64,000 bases of DNA from Dehalococcoidia bacterium (GTDB taxonomy: Bacteria; Chloroflexota; Dehalococcoidia; Lucifugimonadales; JAGWBF01). This document shows, one piece after another, positions 54,936-64,000 of this stretch; the first letter of the stretch is position 1, and each line of letters starts with the position of its first letter. A program made the position numbers and the translations under genes. The stretch covers positions 246,929-310,928 of the forward strand of contig OZ220675.1 of the NCBI GenBank assembly GCA_965116325.1. Reading direction: 5' to 3'. The notes under the pieces are model-generated. The model was not told the origin of the DNA. It did no database searches and saw nothing but the letters and a program-made list of their open reading frames with translations.

Positions 54936-55751
54936 CTAGTCGGCCAGGGCCGGCTCCAAGCTCCCTTCCGTTGAAGCCCCGACCCCGTTGGCCAGCAGGA
55001 ACTGGTGCACCGCCTGGTTGAAGATCTCCGGCTGCTCGTAGTGGGTAGAGTGTCCCGAGTGGGGCACCTCCACCAGCGTTGACCCCGGTATCCTGCTGTG
55101 CATGCCCCGGATCACGTCGGGGGGAAACAGGACATCCTCCAGCCCAACGACGAACAGCAACGGTATGCCATATCCTGTCATGTCTTCAGGGCTGGGCCCC
55201 TGGGGGAATGCGCCGGGCAGGTTGCCCCGGTTGACCATGTTGAAGCTGTTTAGCTGGGTATACAGCTCGGTCATGGCGGGTTCACGGACTCGAAAGCCGT
55301 TGGACAGCACCCGGTCCAGCTGGGACAGGTTGCTGGTGTCCCTCCGCACCTCGTCCATGCGCGCTTCAAGTTCCGGGGGCAGGACCATCCCGCCCAGCGT
55401 GTCGCCGAGCACCAGCGCCCGCACTCTCTCCGGGTTCGTCTGGGTGAACAGCCCGCAGGTGGACCCGCCCATGGACTGGGCGACCAGCACCACCTGCTCA
55501 ACGTCCAGGTGGTCAACCAGGGCCTTCATGTCTGCGGCAAAGGCGGCCCTTCCAGGTCCGTCTTCCCTGTCCCTGGAGTTTCCGAAACCCCGGTGGTCGA
55601 AGGTGACCACCCTGTACCATTGTGAGAAGTAGGAGACCTGCTGGAACCAGTTGGAGTGGTTGCCCCCTATGCCGTGGGCAAAGACCATGGTGGGGCCTTC
55701 TCCCTTTACTTCATAGTAGAGATCGAAGCCGTCAATGTTCACGGTTGCCAT
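54936..55751 (-). CDS. alpha/beta hydrolase
   Basis: AHG, DHRGFG, AQSMGG and GHS motifs; preceded by a consensus TTGACA-N18-TATAAT promoter (55781-55810). Confidence 0.9.
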   Translation of the reverse strand: MATVNIDGFDLYYEVKGEGPTMVFAHGIGGNHSNWFQQVSYFSQWYRVVTFDHRGFGNSRDREDGPGRAAFAADMKALVDHLDVEQVVLVAQSMGGSTCGLFTQTNPERVRALVLGDTLGGMVLPPELEARMDEVRRDTSNLSQLDRVLSNGFRVREPAMTELYTQLNSFNMVNRGNLPGAFPQGPSPEDMTGYGIPLLFVVGLEDVLFPPDVIRGMHSRIPGSTLVEVPHSGHSTHYEQPEIFNQAVHQFLLANGVGASTEGSLEPALAD

Positions 55752-55898
55752 CAGCGTTCTCCTATCTTCGGGTAGGTGGGATTATATCGGCGGCCCTTTC
55801 CGGCTGTCAAAAGAGTCAGGACCGGCTTAAAGCCTTTCGGTTGACAGGGAATTGAAGGCGGTCGACAATGGGCCCGAAGTATCAGCAAGGTAGTGCTT

Positions 55899-56099
55899 AT
55901 GGCAGACCTAACGGAAGAACAGATCAAGGCCCTGGGGGTAGCGGCAGGCGTCGACATTCCTGAAAAGGATCTGGCGGAAGTCTCCTACAGCCTCAACGCC
56001 TTGCTCGAAGCTTTGGACGAGATAGAAGTGCCGGGGCTGGAAGATGTGGAGCCCCTATCGGTGCGACCCCCCAGGGACCTCACGGAACTGCCCGGCTAG
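55899..56099 (+). CDS. small acidic protein, GatC/AtzG-like
   Basis: 66 aa, LTEEQIKALGVAAGVDIPEKDL...VEP; own promoter TTGACA-N17-GACAAT (55841-55869). Confidence 0.7.
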   Translation: MADLTEEQIKALGVAAGVDIPEKDLAEVSYSLNALLEALDEIEVPGLEDVEPLSVRPPRDLTELPG

Positions 56100-56113
56100 C
56101 GGGGCGGGGATAA

Positions 56114-56893
56114 TCACCCTTCGTACTGGAACTCTATCCCCACGGGGCAGTGGTCAGACCCCATGACCTCGGGCAGTATGAAGGCGTTGCTGATGTTTCC
56201 CTTGAACCCTTCGTTGGCGAAGAAGTAGTCGATCCGCCACCCCACGTTCCGGTCTCTCGCCCTGGTGATCATGTCCCAGTAGGAGTAGTTGCCCGGCTGG
56301 TCGTTGAACATGCGGAAGGTGTCGACGTAGCCGTGGTCCAGGAACTTGTCCATCCACTCTCGCTCTTGAAGTAGAAATCCCGACGTGTTCACGTTTTCCT
56401 TGGGGCGGGCCAAGTCGATTTCCTTGTGAGCGGTATTCACATCCCCGCACACCACCACGTTCTTACCCTTGGCCTTCAGCCCTTCGGCGAACTCCAGGAA
56501 GGCATCATAGAAATCCATCTTATAGTCCAAGCGTTCCTGGGAAGAGCGTCCGTTGGGGAAGTAGATGTTCAGCAGCACAAAGTCGCCGTAGTCGGCGACG
56601 ATGATGCGCCCCTCTTTGTCGTAGGCATCGTTCCCGAATCCGTAGCTGACGTCCTGGGGCGGTATCTTGGTGTAGAGACCCACCCCGCTGTAACCCTTCC
56701 GCTCGCCGCTGCAGTAGAAGACGTGGTAACCGGGGATGTCCGTGAGGGACTCCGGAAGCTGTTCAGCCCAGGCCTTGGTCTCCTGGATGCACATGATGTC
56801 CGGGGATTCAGCGGTCAACCACTCCATGAACCCCTTCTTCAGGACGGCCCTGACGCCGTTTACGTTCCACGATAGTGCCCGGACATGTTGCAC
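56114..56893 (-). CDS. xth: exodeoxyribonuclease III / AP endonuclease
   Basis: SWNVNG, QETK, YFPNG, GDVN, GWRIDY and GSDHCP motifs. Confidence 0.96.
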   Translation of the reverse strand: MQHVRALSWNVNGVRAVLKKGFMEWLTAESPDIMCIQETKAWAEQLPESLTDIPGYHVFYCSGERKGYSGVGLYTKIPPQDVSYGFGNDAYDKEGRIIVADYGDFVLLNIYFPNGRSSQERLDYKMDFYDAFLEFAEGLKAKGKNVVVCGDVNTAHKEIDLARPKENVNTSGFLLQEREWMDKFLDHGYVDTFRMFNDQPGNYSYWDMITRARDRNVGWRIDYFFANEGFKGNISNAFILPEVMGSDHCPVGIEFQYEG

Positions 56894-57144
56894 CGCTATA
56901 CCCCTTTCCTGAGCGCAGGCTCCGGCCATCTCGACCCTTTCGCCCCTTGGCGGCCAATCCCGCCCAGTCTAAGACATCTAACGCTCAGGGACAATTCCGG
57001 AGACATCCATAAGCAGGGTATGGGTTGTCGGCTCAGGCGCCGGGTTGGTTTGACCCTCGGTTAGGGCGGTGCTAAAATCTCGGCCACCACCGGACGCCCT
57101 GCATAGCGCAGACCCTCCTGATTTCTATTTGAAATGAGGGAACC

Positions 57145-57873
57145 TTGAAGCTCACAGCTCCAGCCCCTACCTTGGCCGACAGCATACTCCCAGCATGGAA
57201 CCCCGACAGCAGGCTTGCCCGCTTGGCCCATGATGCGGTGCTGGTGCTGGCCTTCACCGGCCTAGTCATCTTCTGCGCCCAGATCATCATTCGTCTGCCC
57301 TGGACGACGGTCCCTATTACGGGGCAGACCTTTGCGGTGCTGGTCACCGGGGCCGCACTGGGACCCTGGCGCGGGGCATCATCCCTGACGCTTTACATGA
57401 TCATCGGGATGGTCGGCGCCCCCGTCTTCGCCCCAGGCTTGAACCTGGAGGGACAAACGCTCCACTTTATCTTCCCCTGGGCGGGGAACTCCGGCCTCCC
57501 GTGGGACCTGTCCAGCGGCGGGTACATCGTGGGCTTCATCGGAGCAGCTTGGTTGGCTGGATTGCTAGCCCGCAAAGGCTATGACCGGGGACCATGGCTG
57601 CTGGCTGGCTTGGTAGCGGCCAACGTAGTCCTTTATGTGCCTGGTCTGCTTTGGCTGGGATACCTAATTGCCAGCGAGTGGATACATCCCCTGGCCAACC
57701 AGCCCCTGGGGGATCTGATCTCCGGTGGGACCACCCTGGAGAAGACGCTGGTCGGGGGACTTTATCCCTTTATCCTGGGAGACCTGATAAAACTGTACCT
57801 GGCTTCGCTGACCCTGCCGGCAGCCTGGGCTCTCGTCAAGCGCCGCCGGGACAGCGGACCGCCAACCGGCTAG
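57145..57873 (+). CDS. bioY: biotin transporter BioY
   Basis: VPITGQT, G.PVFA and GGYIVGF motifs; promoter TTGACC-N17-TAAAAT at 57050-57078. Confidence 0.9.
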   Translation: MKLTAPAPTLADSILPAWNPDSRLARLAHDAVLVLAFTGLVIFCAQIIIRLPWTTVPITGQTFAVLVTGAALGPWRGASSLTLYMIIGMVGAPVFAPGLNLEGQTLHFIFPWAGNSGLPWDLSSGGYIVGFIGAAWLAGLLARKGYDRGPWLLAGLVAANVVLYVPGLLWLGYLIASEWIHPLANQPLGDLISGGTTLEKTLVGGLYPFILGDLIKLYLASLTLPAAWALVKRRRDSGPPTG

Positions 57874-59468
57874 GTCTGCCGCTTCTCCCGTTCCTGCTCG
57901 ACAAGCACCCTGCGAAGCACCTTGCCTGAGGGGTTCTTGGGTATCTGGTCCAGGAACTCCACCTGCCGGACCTGCTTGAATCCAGCCACTTGCCCTGCCA
58001 CCCACTCCATTATTTCCCCCGCTGACACAGCGCCGCTTGGAACCACGAAGGCCTTGGGCACCTCGCCGGCCTCGTCGTCGGGTACGCCGATAACGGCGGC
58101 GTCGGATACCGCCGGGTGCTCCAGGAGCAGTCCCTCCAGCTCCGCCGGCGCCACCTGGAAGCCCTTGTACTTGATTAGCTCCTTCTTTCGGTCCACGATG
58201 CTGACGTAACCCTCGTCGTCCATGCTGGCAATGTCCCCGGTGTAGAGCCAGCCGTCCCGCAGAGTATCGGCAGTAGCCTCGGGATTGTTCCAGTAGCCCT
58301 TCATGACCTGAGGCCCCTTGATGATCAGCTCGCCCAGCTCCCCCCTGGGCATCTCCCGATCTCCGGTTTCCAGGTCAACCACCTTTTCCTGGGTGTCGGG
58401 CAGCGGAGGTCCAACAGAGCCGGGTTTCTTCAGGTCGGGTTCCATGTAGTCCGCGTTGGTCGCCGGTGAGCTCTCCGTCAGCCCGTACCCCTGCACCGTC
58501 GCCACATCTATGGTGGACTCCAACTTGGTCTGCAGGTCCGCCGACATAGGGGCTGCGCCGACGAAACACAGGCGGAGGGCCGACAGGTCGTACTCCTTAA
58601 CCTCTTCGTACTGGGTCAGCCCCAGCACCACCGGCGGCACTGTGTACAGCACCGACACCCGGTTCTCCGAGAGGAGATTCAGGAACTGCTCCATCTCGAA
58701 GCGTCCCATCATCACCTGGGTGGCGCCCAGGGCTACGGCGACGTTCATGATCACGTTCATGCCGTATATGTGGTATAGGGGCAAGTGCACCATCAGCACA
58801 TCGTCCCGCTTGGGAGCGCCGATCTCCCTGCGTCCGATTAGCTGCTGGACGTTGCTGGTGAGGTTGGAGTGGGTCAGCATCACACCCTTGGGCAGGCCGG
58901 TGGTGCCGCTGGAGTAGGGCAGGACGACCACATCTTCATCAGGGTCGATTTCTACGGTAGGCGGCGCCCCCGAGGCTGTGTTGGTCAGGTCCTCGAAGTC
59001 TTGGGTAGCCTCGCCTGCGCCCCCGCCGATGACGATGATGTGTTGAAGTTCCGAGAGCCGGGGGAGCACAGGCTCCAGGACAGGGTAGAGGTGTTCCGAC
59101 AGGATGATAGCCTTGGCGCCGCTGTCATTAAGCTGGAACTCCACTTCCCGCTCCCGGTAGGAAGGGTTCAGCGTGGTTACAACCGCCCCAATCCACGAGA
59201 TGGCATAGAAAGAAGCCACGTACTCCCAGCAGTTGGGCGCGAAGATGGCCACCCGGTCTCCCTTGTCGATTCCCATGCCGGCCAGGGCCGATGCCAAGTT
59301 AGCTGTACGCTCCTTGAGCTGAGCGAAGGTTAGCTCAAGGTCTCCATCCACAATGGCTGTCTTCTCGCCATTTCGGGCGGCGGCGACCAGCAGGTATTCA
59401 TGCAGGGGATGCCGTGAGTAGGGGGCCACCGAGGGTCTGGGGACTAGTCTGGCCTTTTCGCTGGTCAT
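57870..59468 (-). CDS. AMP-dependent acyl-CoA ligase (4-coumarate-CoA ligase-like)
   Basis: YSSGTTGLPKG, QGYGLTE, YTGD, DRKKELIKYKG and PKNPSGK motifs. Confidence 0.93.
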   Translation of the reverse strand: MTSEKARLVPRPSVAPYSRHPLHEYLLVAAARNGEKTAIVDGDLELTFAQLKERTANLASALAGMGIDKGDRVAIFAPNCWEYVASFYAISWIGAVVTTLNPSYREREVEFQLNDSGAKAIILSEHLYPVLEPVLPRLSELQHIIVIGGGAGEATQDFEDLTNTASGAPPTVEIDPDEDVVVLPYSSGTTGLPKGVMLTHSNLTSNVQQLIGRREIGAPKRDDVLMVHLPLYHIYGMNVIMNVAVALGATQVMMGRFEMEQFLNLLSENRVSVLYTVPPVVLGLTQYEEVKEYDLSALRLCFVGAAPMSADLQTKLESTIDVATVQGYGLTESSPATNADYMEPDLKKPGSVGPPLPDTQEKVVDLETGDREMPRGELGELIIKGPQVMKGYWNNPEATADTLRDGWLYTGDIASMDDEGYVSIVDRKKELIKYKGFQVAPAELEGLLLEHPAVSDAAVIGVPDDEAGEVPKAFVVPSGAVSAGEIMEWVAGQVAGFKQVRQVEFLDQIPKNPSGKVLRRVLVEQEREKRQT

Positions 59469-59488
59469 GGAGATGCGCTAACAGTTGG

Positions 59489-60400
59489 TCAGTCGTCGTT
59501 CTTCTTGACAGCATGGCCCCCGAACTGGTTGCGGAGGGCTGCCAGCACCTTGCCTCCCAGGGGCTGGTTTTGGCGAGAGCGGAAACGCTGCTGAAGGGAC
59601 AGGGCGATCACCGGCGCCGGGATTGCCAACTCTACCGACTCTTCGACGGCCCACCTGCCTTCGCCGGAATCTTCCACGTAGGACTGGAGGTTGTGCAGGT
59701 CGGGGTCATCTTCCAAAGCCTTTGCAGCCAAATCCAGAAGCCATGAACGGACGACGCTGCCATACCGCCAAGTTTCGGCAATGCTGGCCAGGTCGAGATG
59801 GAACTCTGACTTTGCCGCCATCAACTCGAAACCCTCGGCGTAGGCTTGCATAAGGCCGTACTCCACGGCGTTGTGCACCATCTTCACAAAGTGGCCGGCG
59901 CCGCTGGGACCCACGTGGGCGTATCCCCGGTCCAGGCCAGGCGCCAGGGTCTGGAAGATCGGTTCGTTGCGTCGGAATGCCGCTTCCGGCCCGCCGATCA
60001 TAAGGCAGTAGCCCTCGGCCAGCCCCCAGATGCCCCCGCTGGTGCCCACATCCAGGTAGTCAATGGAGCGCGCGGCCACCTGCGCGGCCCTTCGGATGCT
60101 GTCCTTGTAGTAGCTGTTTCCGCCTTCAAGAATGGTGTCCCCCGGAGATAGCAAAGGAAGAAGGGTTTCGATGGTACTTTCGGTGGGCTGACCGGCTGGT
60201 ACCATCACCCACACGGACCGGGGCGTTGCAAGCTTATCTACCAATTCTTGGATCGATCCGGCGCCCGAAGCGCCATGGGATACTGCGCCGGCCACTGCTT
60301 CGTCGCTCCGGTCATGGGCAACCACGCTGTGGCCGCCATGGAGCAGCCTCTGTACCATGTTGCCGCCCATCCGTCCCAGCCCGATCATGCCCAGTTCCAT
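59489..60400 (-). CDS. gnd: 6-phosphogluconate dehydrogenase (decarboxylating, short form)
   Basis: GLGRMG, VMVPAG, GTSGG, GHFVKMVHN.VEYG and RNQFGGH motifs. Confidence 0.96.
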   Translation of the reverse strand: MELGMIGLGRMGGNMVQRLLHGGHSVVAHDRSDEAVAGAVSHGASGAGSIQELVDKLATPRSVWVMVPAGQPTESTIETLLPLLSPGDTILEGGNSYYKDSIRRAAQVAARSIDYLDVGTSGGIWGLAEGYCLMIGGPEAAFRRNEPIFQTLAPGLDRGYAHVGPSGAGHFVKMVHNAVEYGLMQAYAEGFELMAAKSEFHLDLASIAETWRYGSVVRSWLLDLAAKALEDDPDLHNLQSYVEDSGEGRWAVEESVELAIPAPVIALSLQQRFRSRQNQPLGGKVLAALRNQFGGHAVKKNDD

Positions 60401-60462
60401 AGATAACCCCCTCAGCCGGACCGCCGACCTAGATGACTCCGCGCCACGAAATCCTTTGGCTT

Positions 60463-60927
60463 CTACTTACCCAGGTTTCTGTTCTCTATATCCAGCACCT
60501 TGGACAACCGGCGAACGTGGCGTTCCTCCCCGCTGAACCGCGCCCCAAGGAAGGCCCTGATGACCTCCATGGCCAGCTCGATGCCGATTACCCTGGCCCC
60601 TATGCACAGGACGTTCACATCGTCGTGCTCCACGCCTTGGTGGGCTGAATACGTGTCGTGGCAGAGGCCCGCGCGCACTCCAGGGAACTTATTGGCGACA
60701 ACCGAGGAGCCCACCCCGCTGCCGCAGATGACGACCCCTCGCTCAGCCTCCCCGGACGCAACTCGACGTGCGACCTCCGCAGTAAAGTCGGGATAGTCGT
60801 CAACGGCGTCGTACGTATGGGCGCCTACATCGGTCACTTTGCAGTCCAGCGACTCAAGCCAGGGGAGGAGCTCCTGCTTGAGATCGAACCCGGCGTGGTC
60901 TGCCCCAAGGGCTATCTGCCGGCTCAT
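60463..60927 (-). CDS. rpiB: ribose-5-phosphate isomerase B
   Basis: GADHAG, DYPD, CGSGVG, EHDDVNV and RH.RR motifs; ATGA overlap with tkt. Confidence 0.95.
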   Translation of the reverse strand: MSRQIALGADHAGFDLKQELLPWLESLDCKVTDVGAHTYDAVDDYPDFTAEVARRVASGEAERGVVICGSGVGSSVVANKFPGVRAGLCHDTYSAHQGVEHDDVNVLCIGARVIGIELAMEVIRAFLGARFSGEERHVRRLSKVLDIENRNLGK

Positions 60928-62936
60928 GCCGTGCCATCCAATAGCAGCTTCTCCACCGCCCCCACGACCCGGTCCGCAGTGAACCCCAGCTTTTCGTAGA
61001 TGACCCCACCAGGGGCCGAGGCCCCGAAGTGGGGTATGCCGATTATGGTCCCCGACGGCCCGACGTAGCGCTCCCAACCGAGGGGGCTGGACGCTTCGAT
61101 GGAAACCCGGGCGGTGATCTCCGGAGGCAGGACCGCATCCCTGTAGGAGGCCGGCTGGCTGTCGAAGAGCTCCCAGGAAGGCAGGGATACCACCCGGACC
61201 GGAGTCCCCTTCTCTTCCAGCAGCTTCCCCGCTTGCATGGCAATGTCCACCTCGGAGCCTGTGGCTATGAGCACAGCTTTGGCTTCAGTTGCCGACTCCC
61301 AAGCGACGTATCCGCCCTGGCTCACGTCGCCGTCTCCCTTGCGGCTGCGGTCGAGCACCGGCAGGTTCTGTCGGCTAAGGATGATGGCTGTAGGACCGTC
61401 CCGCCTCTGGAGAGCCGACTTCCACGCTTCGGCCGTTTCCAGGGCGTCGGCGGGCCTGATGACAACCAGGTTGGGGACACCCCGGAGACCTAGGAGCTGC
61501 TCTATGGGCTGGTGAGTGGGGCCGTCCTCTCCGAGACCGACGGAATCGTGAGTGAACACGAAGACCACCTGCTGGGACATCAACGCCGCCAATCGAATGG
61601 GCGGGCGCATATAGTCGGAGAAGATTAGGAAGGTGGCGGTGTATGGAATCAGCCCGCCGTGCAGGGCGATGCCGTTGGAGACAGCGCCCATTGCGTGCTC
61701 ACGCACCCCGAAGTGCAGATTGTTCCCATGCTCCGTTGAGCCAAAGTGGCCCCGGTCGTTGAGAATCGTCTTGGTGGACGGGGCGAGATCAGCGGACCCC
61801 CCGATCAGGTTGCCGACGCGCTCTGCTATCACGTTCATGACCCGGCCCGATGCCTCCCGGGTTGCTACTGGCTTCTCCTGGGATGCGAACACATCCTCCA
61901 GCTCCGAGTCCCAACCCTCCGGCAGCCTGCCTTGGAGGGCATCCTCAAGCTGAGAAGCCAGGTCGGGGTGGGACTGACGGTAGGCCTCAAGACTGTCGGT
62001 CCACTGGCCTTCTCTCGAGCTGCCCCCCTCCAGGGCTTGGCGGAAGTGGGCCAGTGCTTCGGGTGGGACCTCGAAGGGCCGGGTTGAGGTCCAGGCCAGG
62101 GCCTCCTTGGCCAGCTGGGCTTCATCTGCTCCCAATGGTTCGCCGTGCACTGCGGCGGTGCCCGCCTTGTTGGGGCTTCCGTAGCCGATGGTGGTCCGGC
62201 AGATAATCAGGCTGGGTTTCCCGTTTTCCCCCCTGGCTTCCCCGATTGCCGACTCCACCGCAGCAATGTCCATGCCATCCACAGGCCCCACAACGTGCCA
62301 GCCGTAGGCGCGGAACCTCTGTCCCACATCCTCAGTGAAGGACAGGTCCGTGTGCCCCTCGATGGACACGTGATTGTCGTCGTACAGGTACACGAGCTTG
62401 CCCAAGCCCAGGTGCCCGGCAAGGGATGCTGCCTCCGCTGAGATGCCTTCCATTAGGTCGCCGTCGGACACAATGGCGTAGGTATGGTGATCGATGATCT
62501 CGTGGCCGGGACGGTTGAAGGTGCTGGACAGCCACCTCTCGGCGATAGCCATGCCAACGCCATTGGCGAATCCCTGGCCCAGGGGGCCGGTGGTCGCTTC
62601 CACGCCCGGGGTCAGCCCATGCTCAGGGTGGCCGGGGGTCTTGCTGCCCCACTGCCTGAAGGACATCACCTCTTCCAGGGGCAGGTCGTAGCCTGTCAGG
62701 TACAGAAGCGAATAGAGTAGGGCGGAGGCGTGGCCGGCCGAGAGGATGAACCGGTCCCGGTCGGGCCATGCCGGGTTCTTGGGGTTGTGCTTCAGGAAAC
62801 GGTCCCACAGCACGTAGGCCATGGGTGCAGCTCCCATAGGTGCACCGGGGTGTCCCGACCTGGCCTTTTCGACAGTGTCAACCGAAAGGAACCGCAGGGC
62901 GTTGATGCAAAGATCGTCAAGGGAGTTGGAGTTCAC
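60924..62936 (-). CDS. tkt: transketolase
   Basis: [29 protein letters not shown] and GEDGPTHQP motifs. Confidence 0.97.
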   Translation of the reverse strand: MNSNSLDDLCINALRFLSVDTVEKARSGHPGAPMGAAPMAYVLWDRFLKHNPKNPAWPDRDRFILSAGHASALLYSLLYLTGYDLPLEEVMSFRQWGSKTPGHPEHGLTPGVEATTGPLGQGFANGVGMAIAERWLSSTFNRPGHEIIDHHTYAIVSDGDLMEGISAEAASLAGHLGLGKLVYLYDDNHVSIEGHTDLSFTEDVGQRFRAYGWHVVGPVDGMDIAAVESAIGEARGENGKPSLIICRTTIGYGSPNKAGTAAVHGEPLGADEAQLAKEALAWTSTRPFEVPPEALAHFRQALEGGSSREGQWTDSLEAYRQSHPDLASQLEDALQGRLPEGWDSELEDVFASQEKPVATREASGRVMNVIAERVGNLIGGSADLAPSTKTILNDRGHFGSTEHGNNLHFGVREHAMGAVSNGIALHGGLIPYTATFLIFSDYMRPPIRLAALMSQQVVFVFTHDSVGLGEDGPTHQPIEQLLGLRGVPNLVVIRPADALETAEAWKSALQRRDGPTAIILSRQNLPVLDRSRKGDGDVSQGGYVAWESATEAKAVLIATGSEVDIAMQAGKLLEEKGTPVRVVSLPSWELFDSQPASYRDAVLPPEITARVSIEASSPLGWERYVGPSGTIIGIPHFGASAPGGVIYEKLGFTADRVVGAVEKLLLDGTA

Positions 62937-62984
62937 TTAGCTCTCCAGTTCGGTTGAGGGAGATTACCGGCACGGGGACGTGGG

Positions 62985-63143
62985 CTACTGGCCGTGGCAC
63001 CTCTTGTATTTCTTTCCGCTGCCGCAGGGACACTTGGAGTTGCGCCCTATCTTTCCATGCTTCCGGACCAGATTCTTCTTTTCCGTACAGTCAGCGCAGG
63101 TACAGGCGGGTGGATGTTCAGCGTACCAGCCGGCTCTAACCAT
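62985..63143 (-). CDS. 52-aa SEC-C motif microprotein (not in the ORF track)
   Basis: GGAGGGGGC-ATG; [52 protein letters not shown]. Confidence 0.85.
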   Translation of the reverse strand: MVRAGWYAEHPPACTCADCTEKKNLVRKHGKIGRNSKCPCGSGKKYKRCHGQ

Positions 63144-63356
63144 GCCCCCTCCCCCTACTTCACTCCGTCAATCGTATTCGAAACGAGAATATTTTTCCAG
63201 CCCGACCACATGTTGCACATAGCCCTTCCACTTCTCCGCCCGCGCTGATCTTGGAACCGGTCGGCAAGACCTGCCATGCAACATTTGTTATGATAGCTAC
63301 CACCAACACCGAAACCATTCCGAGAACAGCCCTTCCTTGGTGAAGTGAGGAGGAAG

Positions 63357-64000
63357 ATGTACCAGGTCACATTTGAAAAGACCACTTTGTCCAACGGGCT
63401 TGACGTTATCCTGCACGAAGACCATACCCTGCCCCTGGTGAGCGTCAACATCTGGTATCACGTCGGATCCAAGGACGAGGAACCTGGAAAGACGGGCTAT
63501 GCCCATCTGTTCGAGCACCTTATGTTCGAAGGCTCCAAGAACCACAACTCCAGCTTCTTCGAGCCGCTGACCGAGGTTGGAGCGGCCCTCAACGGCTCCA
63601 CGAGCGTGGACCGCACGAATTACTGGGAAAACGTGCCATCCAACTACCTGGAACTAGCCCTGTGGTTGGAATCGGACCGGATGGGCTATCTCCTGGATGC
63701 CCTGGACCAGCCGCGATTCGACGTGCAGCGAGATGTCGTTAAGAACGAACGGCGCCAGAGCTACGAAAACCGGCCCTACGGCATGGCCGGCCTCCGTATT
63801 CAGGAAGCCCTGTATCCGGCGCCTCACCCCTACCACTGGCCCACCATCGGGTACCACGAGGACTTGGATGTGGCCAAGCTGGAAGATGCCCATTCCTTTT
63901 TCAGGCAGTACTACACCCCCTCCAACGCCAGTCTGACCATTGCCGGCGACTTCGATCCCAAGCACGCCATGGAGCTTGTGAAGAGGTATTTCGAAGACAT
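63357..64000 (+). CDS. M16 (insulinase/pitrilysin) family zinc peptidase, 3' truncated by the window edge
   Basis: GAGGAGG RBS; LSNGL, WYHVGS, HLFEH (inverted HxxEH) and NGST motifs. Confidence 0.93.
   Translation, partial: MYQVTFEKTTLSNGLDVILHEDHTLPLVSVNIWYHVGSKDEEPGKTGYAHLFEHLMFEGSKNHNSSFFEPLTEVGAALNGSTSVDRTNYWENVPSNYLELALWLESDRMGYLLDALDQPRFDVQRDVVKNERRQSYENRPYGMAGLRIQEALYPAPHPYHWPTIGYHEDLDVAKLEDAHSFFRQYYTPSNASLTIAGDFDPKHAMELVKRYFED

Noticed and set aside
1-64000. CRISPR array, rRNA, tRNA, prophage
   Set aside because: No regularly spaced repeats, rRNA or tRNA signatures, or phage structural genes were seen.

Overview
A bacterial chromosomal segment of roughly 60% GC (estimated by eye). 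The gene repertoire suggests Chloroflexota, class Dehalococcoidia, possibly SAR202-like; this assignment is inference. Most of the window is housekeeping: lysine (dapF/dapL), lower glycolysis (pgk/apgM/tpiA), purine, histidine, rnpB, xerD, uvrC, dnaN and pentose-phosphate genes. It also holds a catabolic block: an oxalate-oxidoreductase-like 2-oxoacid:ferredoxin oxidoreductase operon under a FadR-type GntR regulator, and a Rieske dioxygenase/extradiol dioxygenase/hydrolase cluster. Highlights: (1) A 2,693-bp IS1595-family transposon at 40501-43193, with 23-bp imperfect TIRs and a perfect 8-bp target duplication. It splits a threonine/serine dehydratase gene and carries an apparent Type II restriction-modification pair plus an unannotated 49-aa ORF. 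(2) A 28-bp dif-like XerC/XerD site at 3407-3434 between convergent genes, suggesting the replication terminus region. (3) Several apparent pseudoenzymes: an HMG-CoA-synthase-like protein without its Cys, a prenyltransferase with degenerate DDxxD motifs, an SDR without its cofactor and catalytic motifs, and a HisZ-like protein. (4) Features missed or mis-started by the ORF track: a 52-aa double zinc-motif SEC-C protein and an RpiB-like gene that begins with ATC. No tRNA, rRNA or CRISPR array was found. Family assignments come from motif recognition only; no database search was run.
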